A DNA stretch of 64,000 nucleotides from Candidatus Aerophobetes bacterium Ae_b3b. Lineage in GTDB: Bacteria; Aerophobota; Aerophobia; Aerophobales; AE-B3A. The stretch spans positions 12,895 to 76,894 of the forward strand of contig NJBP01000001.1 in assembly GCA_005223085.1 (NCBI GenBank), written 5' to 3'. Below the pieces are notes generated by a model, which made no database searches, was not told where the DNA came from, and saw only the letters and a list, made by a program, of their open reading frames with translations. Within the stretch, counting starts at the first letter, position 1. The number at the start of each line of letters is the position of its first letter. The position numbers were made by a program, and so were the translations under genes. Positions 54,817-62,822 of the stretch are shown piece by piece.

Positions 54817-55992
54817 GTGGAAGACCATACTGAAGAGACGGTTCATACAGAGGAGCAAAATTCATCCTTAAGCACAATTGGAAGTTATTTGGAAGGCATA
54901 GGGAAAACTCCTTTACTCACCAAAGAGGAAGAAAGGGAGCTTGCCAAGAGGATAAAAGAGGGAAAGCAAAAATTAATCCAACTTATGAGAGGATCGTCCG
55001 ATATCATTAATAAGAATAGAGAACTTCTCGTCTTATTTCAAAAGGGAGGAAAGCTGTCTAAAAACTTTGGTGATCTTGATCGTAATCCAGATAAGGTCAG
55101 GGAGATGGTTGATTTCTTAGAACACGAACTCCCGAAAATGGAGAAAATAGCGTCTGACCGAGATAAAAGGAAGATAAAACAGATCTTAAAAGAGGCAGTG
55201 AAAGTAAAATCATCGTGTGAGGCAGACAGGAAGAAGATGATGGAAGCCAATCTTCGTCTGGTGGTAAGTTTTGCCAAAAAGTACATCGGTAGAGGAGTTT
55301 CTCTTTCAGACCTTATCCAGGAGGGAAATATTGGCCTTTCTCGGGCTGTGGATAAGTTTGACTATGAATGTGAAAAGCGTTTTAGCACCTATGCCAGTTG
55401 GTGGATACGCCAGGCTTTATCCAGGACTATTGCTGATCAGTCAAGGACCATACGTCTTCCAGTTCACATAGCTTATTTGTTAAGAAAGTTGAGCAGAGTA
55501 TCCAGACAACTAGAACAGAAACTAAAAAGAGAGCCTACTCCCGAGGAAATTGCTGAACAGGTAGATTTTTCTCCAGAAAAGATCAGGCAAATGCTCGGAA
55601 TAAGCCAGACCACAGTCTCAATTGATAAACCGGTGGGAGAGGAAAAAAATAGTTCAATGATCGAGTTTGTTTCTAACACTAGTATACCTCCACCTGTTTA
55701 TAAGCTTGCCGTAGATATGCTCAAAGAGGGGGTAAGAGAACTACTAGAAAAGGTAGTAAAAGATCCACGTGAATTGGAAATATTAAAGTTGAGATTTGAT
55801 CTGGAAGAGAAAGGCGATTATTCCTTAAGACAGATTGGGAAGGAATACGGAGTCAGCAGGGAGAGAATCAGACAGATTCAGGAAAGAGCTTTAAAGAGAT
55901 TAAGAGCTCCGGCGGAAGAAAGAGGATTGAGAGGTTATCTGGAACTGTTGAATAGCCTAAGGGCAGAAATGCAGGAGAGCTACACCGAATAA
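54817..55992 (+). CDS. rpoD: RNA polymerase sigma factor, RpoD/SigA group
   Basis: ANLRLVVSFAKKYIGRGVSLSDLIQEGNIGLSRAVDKFDYE...FSTYASWWIRQA (regions 2.1-2.4), region 3, and region 4 LRQIGKEYGVSRERIRQIQERALKRL. Confidence 0.9.
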   Translation: MEDHTEETVHTEEQNSSLSTIGSYLEGIGKTPLLTKEEERELAKRIKEGKQKLIQLMRGSSDIINKNRELLVLFQKGGKLSKNFGDLDRNPDKVREMVDFLEHELPKMEKIASDRDKRKIKQILKEAVKVKSSCEADRKKMMEANLRLVVSFAKKYIGRGVSLSDLIQEGNIGLSRAVDKFDYECEKRFSTYASWWIRQALSRTIADQSRTIRLPVHIAYLLRKLSRVSRQLEQKLKREPTPEEIAEQVDFSPEKIRQMLGISQTTVSIDKPVGEEKNSSMIEFVSNTSIPPPVYKLAVDMLKEGVRELLEKVVKDPRELEILKLRFDLEEKGDYSLRQIGKEYGVSRERIRQIQERALKRLRAPAEERGLRGYLELLNSLRAEMQESYTE

Positions 55993-56005
55993 ATGAGGAG
56001 GATGC

Positions 56006-57100
56006 TTGGCTAATCTCTCGGCCGGAATAATTGGTTTACCTAATGTTGGTAAATCAACCCTTTTTAACGCTCTTACACAAGCAGGAGCGCAGGTGGCAAA
56101 GTTTCCTTTCTCCACCGTATCTCCCAATGTGGGAAGGGCGTTGGTTCCTGATCCACGACTGGAAAGACTAGCCGAATTAGTAGATCCCGAGATTACCACG
56201 CCAGCGTCAGTGGAGTTTATAGACGTAGCTGGCCTGGTTAGAGGTGCCCATCGCGGTGAGGGCCTGGGAAATGAGTTTTTATCTAGAATAAGGTCGGTTG
56301 ATCTTTTAGTTGAGGCACTGAGGTGCTTTGAAGGAAAAGAGATTGCCCATCCCGAAGGGAGTATAGATCCGATAAGAGATGCCGAGATAATTGAGTTAGA
56401 ATTGCTTCTCTCTGACTTGAAAGTTGTGCAGCGGCGGTTGACAAAGCTGGATAAACTGGTAAAATCGAAAACTAAAGGAAGTCAAGAAAGATTTGGTCTT
56501 TTGCAAAAGATTAAAACAAGCCTTGAAGAAGGAAATGCGTTGAGAAAGATTTTAACAGAAAAGGAGAAGCAAGAGCTTGTCGAAGAAGGTCTTTTGACTC
56601 TTAAGCCCTTGCTTTACGTTGCCAACGTGGATGAAAATAATCTAACTTCTCCATCCTTTTTACTTAAGAGCTTGAGAGAAGATGCCTCCCAGAAGGAACT
56701 CAGGTTAATAGAAATATGTGCACAATTGGAGGCAGAATTGGCAGAAATGTCTGCGCCAGAGAAGGCAGAATTCCTTAAGGAGTTGAGGATAGAAGAAGGA
56801 ATCAACAAGTTGATAAGAGAGGTGTACCAGCAGCTAAATTTAATTACCTTTTTCACCATCAGCGGGGGAAGGGAAGTGAGGGCCTGGTCAGTGGAAGAAG
56901 GAACCACTGCTTCTCAAGCAGCAGGCAGAGTCCATTCGGACATGCAAAAGGGCTTTGCAAGAGCAGTGGTAGTCGCGGTATCAGATTTGCTTGAGGTCGG
57001 ATCAATGAAAGGGGTCAAAGAGGAAGGAAAGGTTAAGATAGAGGGAAAGGATTACTTGGTAGAGGACGGAGATGTGATACATTTTAGGTTTACTAGATAG
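56006..57100 (+). CDS. ychF: ribosome-binding ATPase YchF
   Basis: GIIGLPNVGKSTLFNALT, FIDVAGLVRGA, LLYVANVDE, and a C-terminal TGS-like RAWSVEEGTTASQAAGRVHSDMQKGF. Confidence 0.93.
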   Translation: MANLSAGIIGLPNVGKSTLFNALTQAGAQVAKFPFSTVSPNVGRALVPDPRLERLAELVDPEITTPASVEFIDVAGLVRGAHRGEGLGNEFLSRIRSVDLLVEALRCFEGKEIAHPEGSIDPIRDAEIIELELLLSDLKVVQRRLTKLDKLVKSKTKGSQERFGLLQKIKTSLEEGNALRKILTEKEKQELVEEGLLTLKPLLYVANVDENNLTSPSFLLKSLREDASQKELRLIEICAQLEAELAEMSAPEKAEFLKELRIEEGINKLIREVYQQLNLITFFTISGGREVRAWSVEEGTTASQAAGRVHSDMQKGFARAVVVAVSDLLEVGSMKGVKEEGKVKIEGKDYLVEDGDVIHFRFTR

Positions 57101-57119
57101 CTAGAGAAGAGGTCTCAAA

Positions 57120-57485
57120 ATGGCATGGTATCAAGCAACTTTTGCTCTTAAAACCGAATTAAATGAAGAAGAAAAAACTACCCTTTTAGATGGATTTAAA
57201 AAGATTGTTAGCCATGATAAAGGTGAGGTAGTAGATATATCGCAAATGGGGGTAAGGAAGTTTGCCTATGAGGTGGAAAAAGAAAAAGAGGGCTTTTTTA
57301 TCACGGTTAATTTTCAGATAAATTCTTCAGAAGTAAATCGAGTTCGAGAGTTTCTTAAAGCCAGGGAAGGGATAGTGAGGTCGATGATAATAAGGAGAAA
57401 AGCCCCTCCGGAGAAAAAAAAGGAAGAAGGAGAGAAAAATGGCCAGTCTGAACCGCGTGATCTTAATAGGAAACCTCACTCGTGA
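57120..57485 (+). CDS. rpsF: 30S ribosomal protein S6
   Basis: [15 protein letters not shown]...[18 protein letters not shown]. The 3' end overlaps the ssb start by 47 nt. Confidence 0.88.
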   Translation: MAWYQATFALKTELNEEEKTTLLDGFKKIVSHDKGEVVDISQMGVRKFAYEVEKEKEGFFITVNFQINSSEVNRVREFLKAREGIVRSMIIRRKAPPEKKKEEGEKNGQSEPRDLNRKPHS

Positions 57486-57861
57486 CCCCGAACTTCGCTA
57501 CACTCCTGATGGAACTCCTGTAGCCAGTTTTACCATCGCCGTTAATCGTGCTTTTACCACTCGGCAAGGAGAAAGAGAAGCTGATTTTATACCCATTGTA
57601 GTATGGCGGAAACGAGCCGAGACTTGCTCTGAATATCTGGCTAAGGGAAGTCAGGTAGCCGTGGAGGGAAGACTTCAGATTCGTAATTATGAAGACAAGG
57701 ATGGTGTTAAAAGACGGGTAGCAGAGGTGGTTGCCTGGAGCGTCCAATTTCTGCAAAGACTAAAAAAACAACCTCTACCGGAAATTCCGGAAGAGAAGGG
57801 AGAAAACCAGATAGACAAAATTCCTCTTCCCGAAGAGAAGGGAGAAAGCCTTGAGACCTAG
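57439..57861 (+). CDS. ssb: single-stranded DNA-binding protein with a non-canonical C-terminal tail
   Basis: [37 protein letters not shown]...[11 protein letters not shown] fold. The tail ends ...[16 protein letters not shown] instead of an acidic D-D-D-[IL]-P-F tip. Confidence 0.9.
   Translation: MASLNRVILIGNLTRDPELRYTPDGTPVASFTIAVNRAFTTRQGEREADFIPIVVWRKRAETCSEYLAKGSQVAVEGRLQIRNYEDKDGVKRRVAEVVAWSVQFLQRLKKQPLPEIPEEKGENQIDKIPLPEEKGESLET
57787..57850 (+). repeat. 22-nt direct repeat with 42-nt period in the ssb tail
   Basis: ccggaagagaagggagaaaacc (57787-57808) and cccgaagagaagggagaaagcc (57829-57850) encode PEEKGEN and PEEKGES. Confidence 0.85.
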
Positions 57862-58072
57862 ACCTCTACTTAAAAAAAGAAGGGTTTGTATTTTTTGCCG
57901 GTCAAGAAGTGATTCTATAAACCATCTGGATGTAAAAGCTCTCGGATATTATATCGATAGTCGAGCTCGAATAAAAAACAGAAGGCGCACCGGTACCTGT
58001 GCTAAGCATCAACGAAAGTTATCCAGAGCAATTAAAAAAGCTAGAGAGATGGCGCTTTTACCTTATAAATAA
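57851..58072 (+). CDS. rpsR: 30S ribosomal protein S18
   Basis: RRVCIFCR...[47 protein letters not shown] start overlapping the ssb end by 11 nt. Confidence 0.9.
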   Translation: MRPRPLLKKRRVCIFCRSRSDSINHLDVKALGYYIDSRARIKNRRRTGTCAKHQRKLSRAIKKAREMALLPYK

Positions 58073-58375
58073 GAGAATCTCAGGACTGTTCCCCTTCGTC
58101 GCTGTATATCGACTTTGGATTATTTCTGCTCGTTTTCTCGTTTCGGGAAAGACATGAGGATCTCGAGGGGGGAAACATCCCCCCTCGACGCTACGCTGCT
58201 CCCCCCAAATTCAAAAACAGGCAGAACTCGTCACTTTCGCTCCTCAGACAACACGTCTTTCTTTTTCCTCGACTCGAAGACTCGGTAAGGTGGCTGATAT
58301 AAGGCTCCTCCGGGGAAAGTCCCTCGATAGGCGTATAAATCTCTAAATATTAATACTTTTCTGAGTAATCGAGGG
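58073..58375 (+). repeat. family B intergenic repeat, copy 2 (about 50 nt longer than copy 1)
   Basis: See 53698..53959. It starts at the rpsR stop codon. Confidence 0.85.
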
Positions 58376-58399
58376 TGGGTTCAGGCATAGGAACTAAAG

Positions 58400-58537
58400 T
58401 AATTTCTCTGAATTGTTATGAAGTAAACCTCGGCAGACCAGATATCAGAAAAAAGAGGGGAGCAGGCTCGACTTTCTCGAGCCGTCGAGGGGGGATATTT
58501 CCCCCCTTGAGTATTTTGTGTGAAAGGATAGAAGATG
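58400..58537 (+). repeat. family C repeat / shared 5' leader, copy 2 (upstream of rplI)
   Basis: See 21327..21490. The similarity runs through the RBS region to the ATGGA of the start codon. Confidence 0.85.
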
Positions 58538-59011
58538 GAAATTATATTAACGGAAAATATCAACAATCTGGGGCAGAAGGATGAGATAGTCGAGGTAGCT
58601 GATGGCTATGCGCGTAATTTTCTTATCCCCAAAAATTTGGCCTTGAAAGCAACTCCCGGCAATGTTAAGCAATGTAAGGAGAAGAAAAAGCTCATCCAAC
58701 AGAAGAGAGAGAAGGGAAAGTTCAAGGCGCTTAGAGTGGCAGAAAAACTACGAGGAGTAAGACTGGTATTGGAAAGAGAGATGGGGGAGGAAGGAAAGTT
58801 GTTCGGGGTGGTTACCTCGCAGGATATTGTTCAGGAGATTAAAAAGAGGTTTAGTCTAGAGATAGATCATAGAAAGGTTAATTTAGACGAACCTATTCGA
58901 GTCATTGGAATCAAGAAGGTTTCTCTCAAATTGCATCTTGAGGTGGAGATTGATCTCGAGGTGGAGCTGAAAAAATGCGAAAAGAACACCAAAAGAGCTC
59001 AAAATGGGTAA
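58535..59011 (+). CDS. rplI: 50S ribosomal protein L9
   Basis: MEIILTENINNLGQKDEIVEVADGYARNFLIPKNLALKATPGN. Confidence 0.92.
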   Translation: MEIILTENINNLGQKDEIVEVADGYARNFLIPKNLALKATPGNVKQCKEKKKLIQQKREKGKFKALRVAEKLRGVRLVLEREMGEEGKLFGVVTSQDIVQEIKKRFSLEIDHRKVNLDEPIRVIGIKKVSLKLHLEVEIDLEVELKKCEKNTKRAQNG

Positions 59012-60287
59012 TAAGAAAAATAAAATTTATATAATTGATGTTACTAACCGGGATGGAGTTCAAACCTCCAGATTGGGGTTAGCCAAATTAGAAAAGACTA
59101 TTATTAACTTTTATCTAAATGATATGGGAATTTATCAGTCAGAGTTTGGTTTTCCCTTTACTAATCATGAAATAAGTTATCTTAAGGCTAATCTTGAACT
59201 CGCCAAAATGGGAGTGCTTCAGCCGATAATCTTGAGTGGCTGGTGTAGAGCAGTCAAAGATGATGTAAAGAGAGCTCTGGCTATAGGAGTTGAGTATCTT
59301 AATATATCTATATCTACTTCTCAACAGATGGTTAAAGGAAAATTCGAGGGTAGAATGGTTAGGGACCCTGAGAAGAATCTATCCAAACCTACTATAATAG
59401 GAATGATGGTAGAGACTCTTGAGGAGGCCAAAAAGGGAGGGATGAAGGTAGTAGGAGTAAATGCTGAAGATGCCTCTCGAACGGATGATGCGTTTTTGTT
59501 GAAATTCAGTCGAGTAGCTAAGGAGTATGGTGCGGACAGAATAAGATATTGTGACACGCTGGGCTGCGATGACCCTTTTACCGTCTACACTCGAGTAAAA
59601 AACCTAGCTGAAGAAATCCAAATACCCATAGAAATACACTGCCACAACGATCTGGGATTGGCGGTAGCTTGTTCAGTGGCTGGAGCCAAAGGAGCTATAG
59701 ATGCCGGAGTAGATGCTTATATAAATACCTGCGTTAATGGAATGGGGGAAAGAGCAGGTAATGCAGATTTGATATCAGTAATATTAACTTTAAGGAAGTC
59801 CAACGGTCTAAAAGACTTGAATCTTCTAGATGAAAGAGTAGATCTTTCCAAAGCCTGGAAAATCGCTAAATACGCTTCTTATGCTTTTGGTATTCCCATC
59901 CCGGTGAACCAGGTAGGAGTGGGAGGAAATGCTTTTGCTCATGAATCGGGAATCCACGCTGATGGAGCTTTAAAAGATAGACGTAACTATGAACTTTATG
60001 ATTTCGAAGAATTAGGAAGAGGAGAACCTGAGATAATACAAACGGGAAGAAAGATAACCACAGGAGAATATGGTGGGATTAAAGGATTTAGGAATGTCTA
60101 TGAGAAGCTGGAGATTGAATTTAAGGATAAAAAAGAGGCTTATAAAATCTTGGAGTTAGCTCGCTATGCTAACGTACACACTCAAAAACCCCTTATCGAT
60201 GATGAACTTCGTTTCATTGCCCACTATCCTGAACAAGCCAGGCAAATTCTAACTGTTACTCCTCCCAATCTAGACGATCTAGATTAG
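59004..60287 (+). CDS. HMGL-like (DRE-TIM) 2-isopropylmalate / homocitrate / citramalate-type synthase family protein; specificity not assignable
   Basis: 427 aa. IIDVTNRDGVQT, EIHCHNDLGLAVA, CVNGMGERAGNADL, AHESGIHADG. It overlaps the rplI end by 8 nt. Confidence 0.7.
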   Translation: MGNKKNKIYIIDVTNRDGVQTSRLGLAKLEKTIINFYLNDMGIYQSEFGFPFTNHEISYLKANLELAKMGVLQPIILSGWCRAVKDDVKRALAIGVEYLNISISTSQQMVKGKFEGRMVRDPEKNLSKPTIIGMMVETLEEAKKGGMKVVGVNAEDASRTDDAFLLKFSRVAKEYGADRIRYCDTLGCDDPFTVYTRVKNLAEEIQIPIEIHCHNDLGLAVACSVAGAKGAIDAGVDAYINTCVNGMGERAGNADLISVILTLRKSNGLKDLNLLDERVDLSKAWKIAKYASYAFGIPIPVNQVGVGGNAFAHESGIHADGALKDRRNYELYDFEELGRGEPEIIQTGRKITTGEYGGIKGFRNVYEKLEIEFKDKKEAYKILELARYANVHTQKPLIDDELRFIAHYPEQARQILTVTPPNLDDLD

Positions 60288-61693
60288 TTAGATTCTGCCA
60301 AAAACCGCTTTCCCACTTCCCACACGTTGCCTGCTCCAATAGTCAGTATTAAGTCATTCTTCCTGGACTCTTTTCTTAAAAAATCCAGGATTTGTTCCGG
60401 AGCTGAAAAATAATAAGTTGGTTTTGATCGGTGCCCTTTAACCTCATTGAATAATAATCTCCCGCTGACTCCAGCTATAGGACTTTCCCCGGCAGGATAA
60501 ATTTTGGTTAACAGGAGAATATCCGCATCATTAAAACAGCGAGCGAATTTAGAAAGAAGCATTTTAGTTCGACTGTAACGATGAGGCTGAAAGACCACAA
60601 CTATTCGTGGTTTTATTCTCTTCGCAGCCTTTAAAACCTCCTCGATCTCAGTGGGATGGTGAGCATAGTCATCAATTACCAAGATCCCGGAACCTGTTTG
60701 TCCTACTGGTTCAAATCTTCTTTTTACTCCTTGAAAGGAAGAAAGACTTACCTTAATCTGATCCCATCCTACTCCCATACTTCTACCCACTGTGATAGCT
60801 GCTAAAGAATTATATACATTGTACCGACCAGATAGAGCAACCGTAATCCTCTCCAATTCTTTTCCTCTATATCTAACTTCATAAGAGGAGGTAAACTCTT
60901 CTAATCTAACTTTATTAGCTACTACATCAGCTTCTGAATCTATCCCATAGCTGATCAGTCTTTGAGAATAATGTAAAGAGATTCTTTTTAAGACTTTTTT
61001 TAGCAAAAGATCATCTTTATTCACGATTAAAGTACCTTCGGCTTTAAGGTTATGAGTAAATTGAATAAATGCCTCAACGAGTTTATTTTGGGAGCCATAA
61101 TAATCCAGGTGATCATCTTCCAAACCGGTAAGGACGCAGATTTTGGGAAGAAGATACAAAAAGGAACCATCAGATTCATCACTTTCCACTACCGCGTATC
61201 TATCCCCTCCTAATTGGCTGTTACTACCAATCTCATTCAGCTCTCCTCCAATGAACATAGTAGGATTTTTACCTGCCCGATGGAGAATAGAAGAAATAAG
61301 GGAAGTAGTGGTGGTTTTTCCATGAGTCCCGGCGACGACAATACTTTCTTTGTCTCGTATGAGATATCCTAGAAGTTTTCCTCTGGAGATAGCTGGGATT
61401 TGTTTTCTTTTTGCCTCCAGAAGTTCAGGATTATCGGCCGCAATGATGGAGGAAAATATCACCAAGTCGACTCCCTTAAGATGGGAAGAATCATGGCCCT
61501 GGTAAATGGTAGCTCCTTTGGCTTGTAGCTTTTTGGTTAGACTGTTTTTTCTCTTATCCGAACCGCTTATTAAATAGCCCATTTGCAACAATACCCGAGC
61601 CAGCCCACTCATGCCTATTCCTCCAATTCCTATGAAGTGAATAGACCGAACTCCTTTTAGCATTGAGTTGAGCTCAAGAAAATTGAAGGACAT
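60284..61693 (-). CDS. murC: UDP-N-acetylmuramate--L-alanine ligase
   Basis: IHFIGIGGIGMSGLARVL, VAGTHGKTTTTS, DDYAHHPTEI. Confidence 0.93.
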   Translation of the reverse strand: MSFNFLELNSMLKGVRSIHFIGIGGIGMSGLARVLLQMGYLISGSDKRKNSLTKKLQAKGATIYQGHDSSHLKGVDLVIFSSIIAADNPELLEAKRKQIPAISRGKLLGYLIRDKESIVVAGTHGKTTTTSLISSILHRAGKNPTMFIGGELNEIGSNSQLGGDRYAVVESDESDGSFLYLLPKICVLTGLEDDHLDYYGSQNKLVEAFIQFTHNLKAEGTLIVNKDDLLLKKVLKRISLHYSQRLISYGIDSEADVVANKVRLEEFTSSYEVRYRGKELERITVALSGRYNVYNSLAAITVGRSMGVGWDQIKVSLSSFQGVKRRFEPVGQTGSGILVIDDYAHHPTEIEEVLKAAKRIKPRIVVVFQPHRYSRTKMLLSKFARCFNDADILLLTKIYPAGESPIAGVSGRLLFNEVKGHRSKPTYYFSAPEQILDFLRKESRKNDLILTIGAGNVWEVGKRFLAESN

Positions 61694-61712
61694 TTTTTTC
61701 TGTACCTCATTT

Positions 61713-62822
61713 TTATTGATTGACCAGGCTAAATATTAGTCTTACTACCTTCCTGGTAGCCTGTGGTTTGCCTAGCGTTTTACTTTTTTCGGCCATTCGT
61801 TTAAGAAAGCTTTTATTGGTGATTAAGTCCAAAATGGTGGTTTTTAATTTTTCTGGGGTGAGATCCTCCTCTAAAATGAGGTAAGCTGCTCCTATGACTT
61901 GCAAAACCTCTGCATTTTTCCATTGATGTCCCCCGGTAGCATGTGGATAAGGAACTAAGATAGCCGGCAGTCCTCGAGAGGTGACTTCGGCCATGGTTGT
62001 TGCTCCGCTTCTACAGACAACTAAATCTGAGGCAGCGTAAGCGTATTCCATTTGAGGTAAGTAGGAAAGGATTAGCGATTTTATGGCCACGGATTTAAAG
62101 GATGTTCTGACCCATTCTACATCTTTTTTCCCGGTGATGAAAATTATCTGAATTTCTTTGCCTAATTTTTCTTGTAGTAAGAGCTTCATCGCTTCTATTC
62201 CAAATTTATTCAAGCTATGAGCTCCTTGACTGCCCCCTAAAAAAAGAAGGGTAAATTTATCTTTACCCAGACCTAACTTTTCTATTGCTTCTTCTTTTCT
62301 TACTTTTGTGATTTCGCTACGGATAGGATTACCGGTAAGGTAGGTTTTTCGTAGTAGCCTCGGAGAAAGATATTTCTGTGTCTCCGAGAAACTAAGAGCT
62401 ATTCTCGATGTCCATGGTGCAAGAAGCCTGTTACTCAGAGAAAGCCGCACATTTTGCTCACAGATCAAACTCGGAATGCCGAAAAAAGAAGCGAGTATAA
62501 TCAGCGGACATGAATGGAAACTTCCCATTCCTATAACTACTTGGGGTTTAAATGTCCAGAGAATAAAAAGGGATTGAAGAAAGGATATACACAGGCCCCA
62601 CCCGAAGACTATCCACTTACTCGAAAGATATCTGGGATAACTCTGGATACTTATTTGGCGTAAGTTAAATCCCTGTGATGAAACAAGGTAAGACTCAAGT
62701 TCCCTTTCTCCTCCCACCATGAGAATTTCATCAGCAAGGCGGTGTTCCTTAAGATAGGAAGCTATGGCTAATCCGGGATAGATATGCCCCCCGGTGCCTC
62801 CTGCAGCAATTAATATTCTCAT
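61713..62822 (-). CDS. murG: undecaprenyldiphospho-muramoylpentapeptide beta-N-acetylglucosaminyltransferase
   Basis: MRILIAAGGTGGHIYPGLAIA, LFLGGSQGA, and CRSGATTMAEV-type motif (VCRSGATTMAEV). Confidence 0.92.
   Translation of the reverse strand: MRILIAAGGTGGHIYPGLAIASYLKEHRLADEILMVGGERELESYLVSSQGFNLRQISIQSYPRYLSSKWIVFGWGLCISFLQSLFILWTFKPQVVIGMGSFHSCPLIILASFFGIPSLICEQNVRLSLSNRLLAPWTSRIALSFSETQKYLSPRLLRKTYLTGNPIRSEITKVRKEEAIEKLGLGKDKFTLLFLGGSQGAHSLNKFGIEAMKLLLQEKLGKEIQIIFITGKKDVEWVRTSFKSVAIKSLILSYLPQMEYAYAASDLVVCRSGATTMAEVTSRGLPAILVPYPHATGGHQWKNAEVLQVIGAAYLILEEDLTPEKLKTTILDLITNKSFLKRMAEKSKTLGKPQATRKVVRLIFSLVNQ

Noticed and set aside
58375-58584. A 69-aa plus-strand ORF across repeat C2 and the rplI start, and its counterpart at 21346-21555 on the minus strand across repeat C1.
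   Set aside because: The two repeat copies differ by a 25-nt indel, which is not a multiple of 3. The ORFs are on opposite strands in the two copies, so the conservation is at the DNA/RNA level and not at the protein level.
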